The notes: a model not told the origin generated them from the letters alone. DNA of 64,000 nt from Thermoplasmatales archaeon (GCA_027310185.1 DAIDBH010000014.1:1-64000), one strand, 5' to 3'; counted from the first letter of the stretch, positions 18,966 to 29,936 are shown. A program made the numbers and translations.

Positions 18966-20657
18966 ATGAGTGATATGAAGTCAGATATTGCCTTCATCCA
19001 CCCTCCAAGCATTTATGACTTCAGGAAGAGGGATTTAAAGGCTGGGCCGATTAGCGATGTTGTACCGTCTACACCAGTTTTCGAAATGTATCCAATGGGA
19101 TTTCTCAGCATGCTTTCTTACCTTGTTCCCAAGGGGTATAATGCAAGAATAAGCAACGTTGCCTCCATGATGGTGATGTCCGAGAAGTTTGATCCGGTGA
19201 AATATCTTAAGTCTCTGGACACGGAAATCTACGGAATTGATCTTCACTGGTTGCCTCATGTTCACGGAGCAATTAGTATTGCGAGAATTATAAAGAAATT
19301 CAATCCAGAGGCAAATGTACTGCTTGGAGGATTTTCTGCAAGTTATTTTTCAGACGACATCATGAAGACGTATCCTGAAATAGATTACATACTGAAAGGG
19401 GACTTTCAGGAATACAGTACAATGAAGCTTATCGATGCGAAGGAGAAGAATGTAAATCTTGACACTGTACCAAACCTGGTTTACAGGGATGAAACAGGGC
19501 AGGTGAAACATAATCCTAATACAAAGGAGAATACAGTTGACAATGTTTTCCTGAATTACAGGGTGTTGATGAGGAACGCAATTAAATATCACGATGTAAA
19601 GGGACATCTACCATATGCCGACTGGATAAATAACCCGGAATCTGTGACAATAATTGAACACGGATGCCAGTTCAACTGTGCCTTCTGTGGTGGGTCAAAT
19701 TTCGCGTACAGGAATAATTTCTTCCCTGTATCCCCTGTTTACAGGAACCCGGTTACGATTGCCAGGGAGATAGAACTTGCAAGGGAGATACTGGGTGCGC
19801 CCATATTCGTAGCAGGAGACATCAATCTTGCAGGTGAAAAATTTTATGAGACCCTCTTCAGGGAGATTAGAGACCTCAAGACAGATATCCCAATACTTAC
19901 GGAATATTTCAGGCCACCTCAAAAGGATTATCTAAATCTTCTTGCAAGATCATTTGGTGAATTCTCGGCGGAGATATCACCTGAAAGTTCAAGTGAAAGT
20001 ATTCGCAGGATAAATGGAAGGGAATATACAAATGAAGCACTGGAAAAAAGTATTGCAGATGCAAAGGAGGCGGGATGCAAGAAATTTGATGTGTATTTCA
20101 CCCTAGGAATAAGTGGTCAGGGAGAGAAGGAGCTTGATGAAGACATAGATTATGCAACAAAACTGATGGATCACGAGAAAGGGAGTGAAATGAAGGTTTA
20201 TTCCTTCATATCACCACTTACACCTTTTATCGATCCGGGATCATTGATATATGAAAAACCTGAAAAGTACGGTTTCCATATAACGGCCAGAACAATAGAA
20301 GAGTATTACAACCTCCTTGAAAAGGGAAAATCATGGGTAGATTTCCTGAACTATTACAATGAATGGATGAGCGCGAAAGATATTGAAAGACTGACATATC
20401 TGTCAGAAATCAAGATGATAAGGGCAAGAAAGGATGTAGGACTTATAGATTCAGAATCCGCAGATAGAATTATTGAAAATATTAATATGTACATTGAAGG
20501 AAAGGATTACCAGAAAGATTACAGAAAGAACAGTCATCTTTCATACCTTAACAAGGATATAGAATGGTCTAAGAAACATAGTATTACAAGAAGTTCTCTT
20601 ATGGTATACTGGTACAAGGAACTCATAGATCTTGAGAGAGATCTGGGAAGATTGTGA
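18966..20657 (+). CDS. B12-binding radical SAM protein (TIGR04190-like)
   Basis: HPPSIYDFR...FEMYPMGF, GIDLHWLPHVHG, CQFNCAFCGGS (CxxxCxxC), PFIDPGS. Confidence 0.88.
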   Translation: MSDMKSDIAFIHPPSIYDFRKRDLKAGPISDVVPSTPVFEMYPMGFLSMLSYLVPKGYNARISNVASMMVMSEKFDPVKYLKSLDTEIYGIDLHWLPHVHGAISIARIIKKFNPEANVLLGGFSASYFSDDIMKTYPEIDYILKGDFQEYSTMKLIDAKEKNVNLDTVPNLVYRDETGQVKHNPNTKENTVDNVFLNYRVLMRNAIKYHDVKGHLPYADWINNPESVTIIEHGCQFNCAFCGGSNFAYRNNFFPVSPVYRNPVTIAREIELAREILGAPIFVAGDINLAGEKFYETLFREIRDLKTDIPILTEYFRPPQKDYLNLLARSFGEFSAEISPESSSESIRRINGREYTNEALEKSIADAKEAGCKKFDVYFTLGISGQGEKELDEDIDYATKLMDHEKGSEMKVYSFISPLTPFIDPGSLIYEKPEKYGFHITARTIEEYYNLLEKGKSWVDFLNYYNEWMSAKDIERLTYLSEIKMIRARKDVGLIDSESADRIIENINMYIEGKDYQKDYRKNSHLSYLNKDIEWSKKHSITRSSLMVYWYKELIDLERDLGRL

Positions 20658-20911
20658 TCTGTAAGAGATATATCAAAAATTTATAACGATAATAGTGTTG
20701 TTTTGGGTATGTATGAAATATAATATTCAGTTAATTGAATGATTTTCTTTTATTTAGATTATGCCATGTTTCGAAGAAGGCTTTATTTTATTGCATTATA
20801 TTAAGAATACTATTTTTCACCTTATATGTTATGTTACCTCTTTATTTCTTTAGAGAAAATATGATAATTGGAGTTAATTAAAATTCCAGAAATTAAAAAA
20901 AGGTGAAAAAA

Positions 20912-21517
20912 ATGACAGGAACGTTTGTACCGTTTGTTGATCCACTGGCAATCATGTTGATTGGTTTGGCCATGGGTACAGGAATAGGAGCCTTCTACTT
21001 TTACTATGCAGCAAGAGGGCAGAAAGATCAGATAGAAAGCCTTGTGTATCCAGCTGTGGGAATAGGATTGTTTGATTTCATGAGTGGTTTTTACATGTCT
21101 TTTGCATGGCCCATGAAAACTTTTGGAACGCCATATAACATGTTATTTGGTGATCCATTGCTAATGTTTGGCCTGTTACTGATCATTGGTGCAGTAATGG
21201 TTCATAAGAACGTGAAACTTGGAATCATGCCATTGCTGAGCGTCCTGCTTGGTATCTATGTGCTGGATGGGGCATACAGCATTTCTGCCCTTAAACTCGA
21301 AACAGGGCAGGATTACATCACATCAATGGGTCTTTACATCTTTGATGCAATTGGTGCAATACTTGTTCCAATAGCCTACTTCAAGCCAGAAGAGGGAAAG
21401 AGTGGAGCTGTGAAATACATGTACTATGTTGAGTGGATAATACTCGGAATAGGTACGATATTTGCACTGATAATCGGATACCTGGCACTCTATGGACATC
21501 TGCAGAGCCCGCCATAA
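20912..21517 (+). CDS. DUF981-like membrane protein
   Basis: FVDPLAIML, WP....YNMLFGDP, multiple TM segments; GGTGA SD. Confidence 0.75.
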   Translation: MTGTFVPFVDPLAIMLIGLAMGTGIGAFYFYYAARGQKDQIESLVYPAVGIGLFDFMSGFYMSFAWPMKTFGTPYNMLFGDPLLMFGLLLIIGAVMVHKNVKLGIMPLLSVLLGIYVLDGAYSISALKLETGQDYITSMGLYIFDAIGAILVPIAYFKPEEGKSGAVKYMYYVEWIILGIGTIFALIIGYLALYGHLQSPP

Positions 21518-21558
21518 AATAATTTTTAACATTTGCGCAATTTACAATTTTTAAATAT

Positions 21559-21591
21559 ATTTCCTGACATATTGCCAGGAAATCAGTTTTT
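21559..21591 (+). terminator. Hairpin plus T-tract (terminator- or operator-like)
   Basis: ATTTCCTGACA-TAT-TGCCAGGAAAT (11-bp stem, 1 mismatch) followed by CAGTTTTTT. Confidence 0.35.
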
Positions 21592-21753
21592 TGTGAGTAT
21601 AATTTTCAAATAAAAATGTAGTAAATTTAGCATTTTGTTTTTTTTTTGAATGTTTCTATAATTCTAAGTGTAAGTGTGTTTGGGATATTGATTCTTTTAA
21701 TACCGTACTTTCACTTTAAGTATGTGCAGTATATACTTTAAAAATTTGATCAT

Positions 21754-22689
21754 ATGGAACCTATTATTGAAGTGAATAATCTTGGCAGAAAATACGGAGA
21801 TGAATTTGCTATCAGGAACCTTTCCTTCCAGATAACGAAGGGCGAGATTTTTGGACTGATCGGCCCGAATGGTGCCGGGAAGACGACAACCATCAGGATC
21901 CTGTGCTGCCTCATCAGTCCAACAGAGGGTGATGCAAGGATAGGAGGCTTGAATTTAAATGACCGGATTAATTCAAATAAAATAAGGAAAATGATTGGTT
22001 ATGTACCTGACAATGTTGGGTTATATGAAAGGATGAGCGCATATGAAAATTTGCTCTTCTATGGAAAGTTATATGATTATCCGAAAAGTGAACTTCCGGG
22101 AAATATAGAGAAATATCTGAGAATAGTTGATCTCTGGGATGAAAGGAATAAGCCGGTTGGATCCTATTCCAAGGGTATGAAGCAGAAGGTAGCACTGGCA
22201 AGGGCACTTGTTCATGAGCCAGAATTGCTTATTCTTGATGAGCCAACTGCAAACCTCGATCCGGAAAGTGCCAGGAATATAAGGGATCTTATCCTGAATC
22301 TCAAGAAAGAGGGACGTACCATACTCTTCAATACGCATAATCTTGATGAGGCCCAGCGTGTTTGTGACAGGATTGGGGTTTTGAAAACAACATTGAGGGC
22401 AGTGGATACTCCTGAAAACCTGAGAGAAAAATATGGTAATGAAAAACTTATCCTGGTAAAGCTTGAATCTGTTACTGATAAGATAGTTGAAACACTGAAC
22501 AGTTCAGGCTATGCTGTGTTGAATCACGATGCAGGCAGTCTGACCATTGAAAGCAGCCATCTGGAGGATGCAAGCCAGAATATAATTGAACTTGTCATGA
22601 AGGAAGGCGGAAAGATCAGAAGTATAAATGAACAGAATTCCAGTCTTGAGGATGTATACATAAGGCTTGTTGAAGGTGAGAAAAGATGA
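21754..22689 (+). CDS. ABC-2 type exporter ATP-binding protein
   Basis: GPNGAGKT, YSKGMKQK, LILDEPT, C-terminal SLEDVYI. Confidence 0.93.
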   Translation: MEPIIEVNNLGRKYGDEFAIRNLSFQITKGEIFGLIGPNGAGKTTTIRILCCLISPTEGDARIGGLNLNDRINSNKIRKMIGYVPDNVGLYERMSAYENLLFYGKLYDYPKSELPGNIEKYLRIVDLWDERNKPVGSYSKGMKQKVALARALVHEPELLILDEPTANLDPESARNIRDLILNLKKEGRTILFNTHNLDEAQRVCDRIGVLKTTLRAVDTPENLREKYGNEKLILVKLESVTDKIVETLNSSGYAVLNHDAGSLTIESSHLEDASQNIIELVMKEGGKIRSINEQNSSLEDVYIRLVEGEKR

Positions 22690-23423
22690 ATTTTGGAAAG
22701 GCCTGGCTTGTGGCAAGGAAAGACCTCCTCATCATGAAGAAGAGAAAATCCATTCTTGCCCTAATGTTTGTACTTCCAGTATTGCTCGGCACAGGACTGC
22801 CTGTTATAATTGATAATCTCATAATGAGAAAATTTCCATCCATTACAGAAGTTGCCCAGCTTCTGGGTTCGTTTGCCTATTTCTTTATCCTGCTATCTGC
22901 ACTGATTCCCTTGTACATATCATCATACAGCATAGTTGGCGAGAAATCTGAGAAAAGCATTGAGCCTTTGCTTGCTGCCCCCATAAGCGACAGCAAGATA
23001 CTCCTTGGCAAATATATTGGTGTGTTGCTTCCAGCCCTGGTGGCAACATACATTGGTGGATTGATATTCATGTCACTTACTGATATATTGACCCATAACT
23101 ACATCCATTACTACTATTACCCAAACTGGACATTCGGTGCTGTAATGCTTGCAGGTGTTCCGCTTGGATCTCTTTATGGAGTTGCACTGGGTGTACTTGT
23201 ATCTTCAAAAACCAACAATGTCCAGAGCTCCTATCAGCTGGGTGGAATTACGCTCATCCCATTCATAATCCTTTATGTCATGGGAGAAATTGGGCTGGTG
23301 CAGCTTGACGATGTAAACAATATCCTATACATTGCCCTGGGTCTGCTTGTTGCTGTGATCATAGTTTATGTATTGAACAGCAGGACTTTCAACAGAGAAA
23401 CAATAATCCTGAACTGGAAATGA
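22686..23423 (+). CDS. ABC-2 type exporter permease
   Basis: SIVGEKSEKSIEPLLAAPIS...ILLGK; six TM segments; ATGA coupling. Confidence 0.9.
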   Translation: MNFGKAWLVARKDLLIMKKRKSILALMFVLPVLLGTGLPVIIDNLIMRKFPSITEVAQLLGSFAYFFILLSALIPLYISSYSIVGEKSEKSIEPLLAAPISDSKILLGKYIGVLLPALVATYIGGLIFMSLTDILTHNYIHYYYYPNWTFGAVMLAGVPLGSLYGVALGVLVSSKTNNVQSSYQLGGITLIPFIILYVMGEIGLVQLDDVNNILYIALGLLVAVIIVYVLNSRTFNRETIILNWK

Positions 23424-23626
23424 TTTTAAAAAACCAATTTCATCATTGAAGAAGCAGGATTTGATGAACTAACACTTTAATCACAGAGGCAATAGATATG
23501 CGCTAAGTTATTTAGAAACGAAGAAATATTTTCTATCTATGGTCATTTTAATAAAAATATCCATGCCTGTTACCTTTATAGTGGAACAAACTTCATTGCT
23601 CATGCATAACTTTAGTTTTGCAGGTA

Positions 23627-24832
23627 TTAGTTTTTCACATCTTTTACATTACATTCTTTGTTTAACCTTCTTAGATTTTCATAGAATGATTCCCTTATGA
23701 CTTTCCAGTCAAAGTTCTTCTTTACCTGTTCAAATACCCTTGCCTTATCAAATTTTGCAGAATTGGGGTTGTCGATAATTTTTTTCAGTGAATCGTAAAA
23801 AGCTTCCTCTTTAGTGGGGAGATACTCAATAGACCTTTCGTTAATACTCTTGAAAGTTTCGGTGAAAAGTGAAGTTGTCAAAACGTATAGACCCGAGGAA
23901 AGTGCTTCAAGTACGACAAGGCCAAAGTTATCGTTTGTGCTTGGATACAGAAATATATCCATGGACCTGTAAAGTGCGGGGAGTGCCTCCGATGTTGGCA
24001 CGCCTTCGTAGATCACATTAGGACTTGCTTTAACGTCATCAAGGTATGAACCTGTTCCCGCAACATGAAATTCCACTCTATGATCATCAGCAAATTTAGT
24101 TGCCACATGGAGAAAAATTTCGATACCCTTACCTTTTTCAAGGGAGGCAATAAAGAAAACCTTCAACTTTCCTGCCTCTTTTCTTTCATCCTTTGAGACT
24201 TCTGGAAAAAATATTCCTGTGTCAATCCCGTTCGGTAAGGAAAAGCTCAGGTTATTTCTCTTCTGGTCTATAAAACTGCTGAACCAGCTCTCACTTCGTG
24301 GGAAATACTGAAAAGCATCTATTCTTTTGAAATAGAAATGATTCAGGAAGGAGAATTTAATCCTTGAAACAATATCAATTTTTCTTGAAACGACTCCATC
24401 ATCATTAACCTTTGGATAAATTCCAAAGCCGCAGTGCTCTGAACCAACTACAGCACATTTTTTTCCATGAAATAATGGGGCATAATAATTGAAAATTAGA
24501 AATGCTATATCAGTATTTTCAACTACTTTTTTCAATCCTGCGTTTTTCTCCAAGGCGTTTGACAGGTCTATCCTGAAGGTTTTGTGGATGTATTTAAAAA
24601 AGAATTCCTTGGGAGTGTTTCCTTCAATTCTTCTTATGTGCATTGTCTCCCTTTCACAATTCATAGTTCTTTCCTTCACGTCGGCTTCACTTAATCTTGC
24701 CTTTAACAATATATCTGTTTCAATTATGGATACCTGAAAATCCTCAGGTATTTCTTTCACCAGGTTGAATAAGACTACCTCGGTTCCTCTACCTGTTCTC
24801 AGATTACTTTTCGTTACAAAAGTAAGTTTCAT
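23627..24832 (-). CDS. Glycosyltransferase family 4
   Basis: LPNGID, KGI, PSTNDNFGLVVLEALSSG GT-B signature. Confidence 0.9.
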   Translation of the reverse strand: MKLTFVTKSNLRTGRGTEVVLFNLVKEIPEDFQVSIIETDILLKARLSEADVKERTMNCERETMHIRRIEGNTPKEFFFKYIHKTFRIDLSNALEKNAGLKKVVENTDIAFLIFNYYAPLFHGKKCAVVGSEHCGFGIYPKVNDDGVVSRKIDIVSRIKFSFLNHFYFKRIDAFQYFPRSESWFSSFIDQKRNNLSFSLPNGIDTGIFFPEVSKDERKEAGKLKVFFIASLEKGKGIEIFLHVATKFADDHRVEFHVAGTGSYLDDVKASPNVIYEGVPTSEALPALYRSMDIFLYPSTNDNFGLVVLEALSSGLYVLTTSLFTETFKSINERSIEYLPTKEEAFYDSLKKIIDNPNSAKFDKARVFEQVKKNFDWKVIRESFYENLRRLNKECNVKDVKN

Positions 24833-24978
24833 TCTTGTTTTGCCTCGGAAGTTTATGATTTATTTATAATTAATGGTTAGCATATAATGAAAATAATATC
24901 AGCTAAAATCTTACCTATAAATGAATTTTTCCCAGCTTTTTAAAGAAATGGATAATTTCGAATTATTTTCAAAGAAAA

Positions 24979-25815
24979 TTAATTCATTTTGTCCTTAATT
25001 TCTATTGTCTTTTCTTCTACGCTTGGAATCCTGATGAAAAGTTTTGCATATATTTTTCCAGTTATATACAGAAATAATGAGGAGACTGTTTTTTTGAGTG
25101 AATCCACCTTATTGAATTTCTTGAAAGCGGAGTAAGTTTGATTTTGAACGAATATTATATCAGCAGATTTCTCTATCCATCGCTTCAGATATTCATAGCG
25201 TCCACTGGAATATCTCCACTCACTTATAGTACCGGTTAATTCATTGACTTTTATAGTTTCTGCATAATCATCTGGAATATGGACCCTGTTTAATATACCC
25301 AGATTATTTGCGAGGTCCCATATATAAATATCTTCGTAACAATTTATGGGAGGATAAAATCCCAGTTTCAAGAAAATTTCTTTTGACGCTCCTGTGATGT
25401 TAACTCCTACAGTGTTAGATTTGAAGTGATTGAGACTGTTCCTATTCGTATCATCAAGACATTGATTGACTATTGCCTGCAGTTTTATGTACTCTATGTC
25501 AGCATCCAGCATTATTATGTAGTCTCCTGAAGAGTTCTTTATGGCTATGTTCCTGCCTTCTCCCCTGTTGCATTTATCCTGAATGAATTTGACATGACTA
25601 TTTTTCAGATTCTTGAAATATTCATCGGTACCATCTTTTGAGTTGTTGTCAACCACAACTATTTCATATTCAATAGATAGATCATCAAAAGAGTTGAAAA
25701 AATTATCAAGAGTCTTTGAGGTGTTGAAAGTGGTAACGCAGAATGATATCATTCCAGTATGGATGTGAAAATCACTTATTAATTTGCCTCCATTGCAGTA
25801 TTTAATTGGAGCCAT
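24979..25815 (-). CDS. Glycosyltransferase family 2 (start may be ~21 codons downstream at MISFCV)
   Basis: VVVDNNSKDGT, RGEGRN, MLDAD (DxD), YED. Confidence 0.88.
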   Translation of the reverse strand: MAPIKYCNGGKLISDFHIHTGMISFCVTTFNTSKTLDNFFNSFDDLSIEYEIVVVDNNSKDGTDEYFKNLKNSHVKFIQDKCNRGEGRNIAIKNSSGDYIIMLDADIEYIKLQAIVNQCLDDTNRNSLNHFKSNTVGVNITGASKEIFLKLGFYPPINCYEDIYIWDLANNLGILNRVHIPDDYAETIKVNELTGTISEWRYSSGRYEYLKRWIEKSADIIFVQNQTYSAFKKFNKVDSLKKTVSSLFLYITGKIYAKLFIRIPSVEEKTIEIKDKMN

Positions 25816-26028
25816 GGTCGCTCGGAACAGGCTATATCCTAGTTTTTTTATATATCAGATCATCAAATTAATCAAGAGAAATTGAACAAAATTAAATAGC
25901 AATTAAATCGCAATTGATAATTCATAAAGGTTAGAAATTAAGTTAAAGCCTGAATTATCTGTTTGTATAATAGCATAAATAAAAATGTTTATATAATACT
26001 AATTCTTAGCTAGATTAGGTAAATTAAA

Positions 26029-26544
26029 ATGAAAGAGATAAGACCTAAAGAAGATAAGGCCGTATCACCTATCATTGCAACTATTTTATTGATAGCAATA
26101 ACGGTGGTACTGGCTGCAACCCTCGTAACCATATTGGGAGGGTTCACACATAGCGCGAGCAATACGTTCGGCGATGCGGCTGCAACTGTTAGTGAGACTC
26201 CTACTGCAACCTCTTATTCTAATGTCACTACCCTATCTATTACATCATTCAGTGGTGGAAATGTCAGCGGGAGCCAAATTACAATGACTATTACACTTAA
26301 CACCGGTAGTTCATACAGTGTTACATTACCAACCAGTAGTAGCTCAAGCTCAGATAAATCTGTAACGATAGTGTCTGGCGTAGAAACACTTAAAATTGCT
26401 GCTTCTTCTGGTTATTTCACTGCTGGATCAGTTTATACTATAACTGACGCAGGTACTAGCGCCAGTCACTCATATGTTACCGGAATTGAATTGACTCATG
26501 ATTCCGCTACAATATACCAGAGTGGAACAATCTCAGTAACTTAA
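26029..26544 (+). CDS. Archaeal type IV pilin
   Basis: Class III signal peptide DKA/VSPIIATILLIAITVVLAA; Ser/Thr-rich head. Confidence 0.92.
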   Translation: MKEIRPKEDKAVSPIIATILLIAITVVLAATLVTILGGFTHSASNTFGDAAATVSETPTATSYSNVTTLSITSFSGGNVSGSQITMTITLNTGSSYSVTLPTSSSSSSDKSVTIVSGVETLKIAASSGYFTAGSVYTITDAGTSASHSYVTGIELTHDSATIYQSGTISVT

Positions 26545-26592
26545 TCTCTTTAAATTACCAACTTTTTAATTTTTAATCGTATTATCTTTTTT

Positions 26593-27225
26593 ATGGAAGA
26601 AAAAACGAACGAATTGTATATGCTTATTTTTTCGGTTAAAGAATTTCGTCATAACGAACTAAAAGATATTATAAGTATGGAAAAAGAAAGAATTATCAAT
26701 GAGTCTAAATTGATACACCTGAATCTTTATGAGTCACTGAGGGGAGATTGCGACATTATTGGATGGGCTTCTGCAGATGATCCTTCCAGTATCTTATCAC
26801 TTTTGAAGAACCTGAAAAAGCTTATTTCTGGAAAAGGAGAAATTGTTCATTCGTTTCACTCAATCTATCAGAGATCACCCTATCTGAAAAACTCACTGAA
26901 AATAGAGGAACAGATAACCAATAGCAGGAAAAATTACATTATTGCATATCCGATGTCGAAATCAAATGACTGGTATGTATTGCCCTATGAAGAAAGGAAG
27001 AGAATAATGGATGAACATATAAGAACAGCTATGACTGATCCTAATAACAAGGATATCCTGTCATATACAACATACTCATTTGGGATAGGAGATCAGGAGT
27101 TCGTCGTAATTTACGAAACAGACAGCTTATACTCCTGGATGAAGGTAACAGAAAAATTAAGGGAAGTGGAGGCAAGGAAGTGGATCATAAAGGAAACACC
27201 AATTTTGACTGGAATCAGGATCTAG
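26593..27225 (+). CDS. Chlorite dismutase-family protein, coproheme decarboxylase (ChdC/HemQ)-like
   Basis: YPMSK motif, WY.LP.EER..IM.EH proximal His, YSFGIGDQEF. Confidence 0.85.
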   Translation: MEEKTNELYMLIFSVKEFRHNELKDIISMEKERIINESKLIHLNLYESLRGDCDIIGWASADDPSSILSLLKNLKKLISGKGEIVHSFHSIYQRSPYLKNSLKIEEQITNSRKNYIIAYPMSKSNDWYVLPYEERKRIMDEHIRTAMTDPNNKDILSYTTYSFGIGDQEFVVIYETDSLYSWMKVTEKLREVEARKWIIKETPILTGIRI

Positions 27226-28676
27226 AAAAATTCAATATATACCTCCTGAGATATTCAGAGATTGGTTTGAAGGGAAAGAAGACCAGAAATCAGATGGAGA
27301 TAAGATTAATTAACAATCTCTCCAGATCCATAATAAGTAAAGGTAAAACTGGAACATTTGTAAGGGAGAGAGGTAGAATATTTGTAGTTTCAGCTGAAGA
27401 AATTTCTAAAGAAATCTCTCAAGTGATGGGTGTAAAATCATTCTCTTCTGTAAAAGTTATTAAATTCAAGGATAAACAAAAACTTGCGGAAGAGATAAAA
27501 GGTCTATTTTTGGAAAGGATCAGTGGAAGAAAGTATGCAGTTTATACAAGAAGAACGGGAAGCCATGATTTCACTTCCATGGAAATGGACAGGCTGGTTG
27601 GAGATCTTCTTTATCCGTATTCAAACGGGGTTGATCTGAGAAATCCTGACATAAGGATTGAGATAGAAATCAGGAATAATCTGGCCTATGTAATCATGCA
27701 GACATTTGAAGGACCCGGCGGGCTCCCACTTGGAACAGAAGGAAAAATGATTTCATTAATATCAGGAGGTATAGATTCTCCTGTGTCCACATGGATGATG
27801 ATGAGAAGAGGCTCGCCAGTGGACATGATTTTCATTTCCCTGGCAAATCCCATAGACACAAAAAATTTTCTCAGTAAAGCATTGATCCTTTATTCAGAAT
27901 GGTACAGTGGATACAATCCATTTATCTACATAGTTGACGCATCAAGACTCATAACAGATTACTTATTCAGGGGAAAAATGAGATATGCAAATGTAAGTTA
28001 CAAGAGAAAGATGTATGAGATTGCAGATAACATTGCACAGAAATCTGGTGCATATGCAATCATTACTGGAGAGTCCTCAGGCCAGGTATCTTCCCAGACT
28101 CCAGAGAACCTGTATGAACTCAGCATGGGAATTAAAACTGTGATTCATAGACCACTAATTGGACTGGATAAGGACTGGATCATTGATCAGGCGAGAAAGA
28201 TCGGGACATTTCACAATGATTCAACGGAAGAATTCTGCGCCCTTTTTGGTGAGAGACCTATCACAAAAGTAAAGCATGAGGAATTGATGGAAGATGTTGA
28301 AAGAATTTCATCATACTTACCTAACGAATCAGAAATAATAAGGATAAGGGGAAATGAGATTGAGGAGTATCTCAAGAAGATAGGGAACCCGGAGTATGAG
28401 ATCAAATCTGTTGAGAATATGCCAGAGAATTCTCTGGTTGTTGACGTAAGAGATCCAGTTTCATATAAGAGCTGGCATCCTGATGGTGCTATAAATATAA
28501 ATCCAGGTTCTATTGATCAACTGGATGAACTTAATAAAGAGAAGAAACCAGTTGTTTTTTACTGCAAGCAGGGTTTACAGAGTGCCTACATGGCAGGAAG
28601 ATTGAGAAAAAAAGGTTATGACGCATTTTTCGCAAGCGAGAAGATATTCAGGAATCAAATATTAGAGGATCCTTAA
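27180..28676 (+). CDS. thiI: tRNA 4-thiouridine(8) synthase with THUMP, PP-loop and rhodanese domains
   Basis: RYSEIGLKG, GPGGLPLG, SGGIDSPV, GQVSSQT, RPLIG; rhodanese VDVR...YCKQGLQS. Confidence 0.93.
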   Translation: MDHKGNTNFDWNQDLEKFNIYLLRYSEIGLKGKKTRNQMEIRLINNLSRSIISKGKTGTFVRERGRIFVVSAEEISKEISQVMGVKSFSSVKVIKFKDKQKLAEEIKGLFLERISGRKYAVYTRRTGSHDFTSMEMDRLVGDLLYPYSNGVDLRNPDIRIEIEIRNNLAYVIMQTFEGPGGLPLGTEGKMISLISGGIDSPVSTWMMMRRGSPVDMIFISLANPIDTKNFLSKALILYSEWYSGYNPFIYIVDASRLITDYLFRGKMRYANVSYKRKMYEIADNIAQKSGAYAIITGESSGQVSSQTPENLYELSMGIKTVIHRPLIGLDKDWIIDQARKIGTFHNDSTEEFCALFGERPITKVKHEELMEDVERISSYLPNESEIIRIRGNEIEEYLKKIGNPEYEIKSVENMPENSLVVDVRDPVSYKSWHPDGAININPGSIDQLDELNKEKKPVVFYCKQGLQSAYMAGRLRKKGYDAFFASEKIFRNQILEDP

Positions 28677-29169
28677 ATCCTCTTTCCCTCAAGCTCCTTG
28701 CAGATTCTATGGCCAGTTCTACAGCTTCTTTTGCATCCCTTGCCTTGAAATATTTCCCTTCCCTTCTTCTCGATGGGGTCAGTTCAAGACTTTCTATCCC
28801 TATGACATCCTTGCCTTCACTGATTGCAAACGATTCTTCTGATATTGTGCCATTTGATCCGTCAATTGCAATGAGAGATTCTGCTGCCCTTACAATAAGA
28901 AAATTCCTCGCATAGCCGATACCAGTTGTGATTGAATATGAAAGATACTTATTTTCTTCATCCCTACCATACCCAGGCAATATTCCTATGACAACACCAC
29001 CATTATCTTTCACGCCTCTTGAGACTTCCCTCATTACTCCTGATAATCCTCCGCAAAGCACAGTAACATTGTTTTTTGCAAGTAGTTCTCCTACCTCATA
29101 GGCAATTTCAAGAAATTTTTCTGGAGGATTTGCACCGCCCAGTACTCCTATGTAGTAATTCTCTTTCAT
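28648..29169 (-). CDS. TIGR00725/LOG-family nucleotide-binding protein
   Basis: CGGLSGVM, GILPG, GIGYARN, GTISE. Confidence 0.88.
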   Translation of the reverse strand: MKENYYIGVLGGANPPEKFLEIAYEVGELLAKNNVTVLCGGLSGVMREVSRGVKDNGGVVIGILPGYGRDEENKYLSYSITTGIGYARNFLIVRAAESLIAIDGSNGTISEESFAISEGKDVIGIESLELTPSRRREGKYFKARDAKEAVELAIESARSLRERGFKDPLIFDS

Positions 29170-29863
29170 ATCATGATATGTTAGTTTCCTATTACTTTTT
29201 TTTCCTTATTTTTCCAGATAATATATTTGAAACATTTTATTACATATAAACTGAAGCAAGGAAAAATTCTTTCTATGTTAGATTCTCGCAGTAAAGATCA
29301 TGGAAAGAAGTTTATAAAACCATTTGTCTTTTTAAAATAGAGATTGTGTGAAGGATTCCTGTGCAAAGGAGGTCTTGAAAACATAAAGAATTGAACCAGT
29401 AAAAGCTATAAATTCAAAATAATTGAAAAGAAAACAATGGCGGTGATTCCAAAATATGATGATACAGAACCTAATAAATAAGGTAAAATGAAGTGTTTCT
29501 GAGCACAGAAAAGCAGTTTTTTTGCCTAGTTTTGAATTTTATAAGATAGCAAGTTTTTGGAGTAAATCCAAAAAAAAAATTCATATTCTCAATTGATAAA
29601 CTCGTTTTTGTTAAATAATGAGTTATTAGTTGATCATCATAATTTGTCTCAGGATGAGTAGTCAAAAAATAAACGATTGTTGTCTGAACGTCTTGAAGTT
29701 GTTGATTATAGATATTTTAACAGGAGAATATACAGTATGAACTTTCAAGATGATGGATCATAGTGTGTGAAAATAATTTAAGAACTCAATTCAGGAAGAA
29801 ATAGTGATTGCATTATCAACAAATTTTATAATCTTTTAGTAATTACCTGAGTACCCTATAACT

Positions 29864-29936
29864 GCCCTGGTAGTGTAGCGGCCTATCATACGGGCCTGTC
29901 GAGCCCGTGACTCGGGTTCAAATCCCGGCCAGGGCG
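29864..29936 (+). tRNA. tRNA-Asp (GTC)
   Basis: Acceptor GCCCTGG/CCAGGGC plus G; arm CGGGC-CTGTCGA-GCCCG; GGTTCAAATCC. Confidence 0.95.

Noticed and set aside
25988-26018. ATACTAAT in the pilin promoter as a second TrmB operator
   Set aside because: Only a half site in very AT-rich DNA, with no correctly spaced partner.
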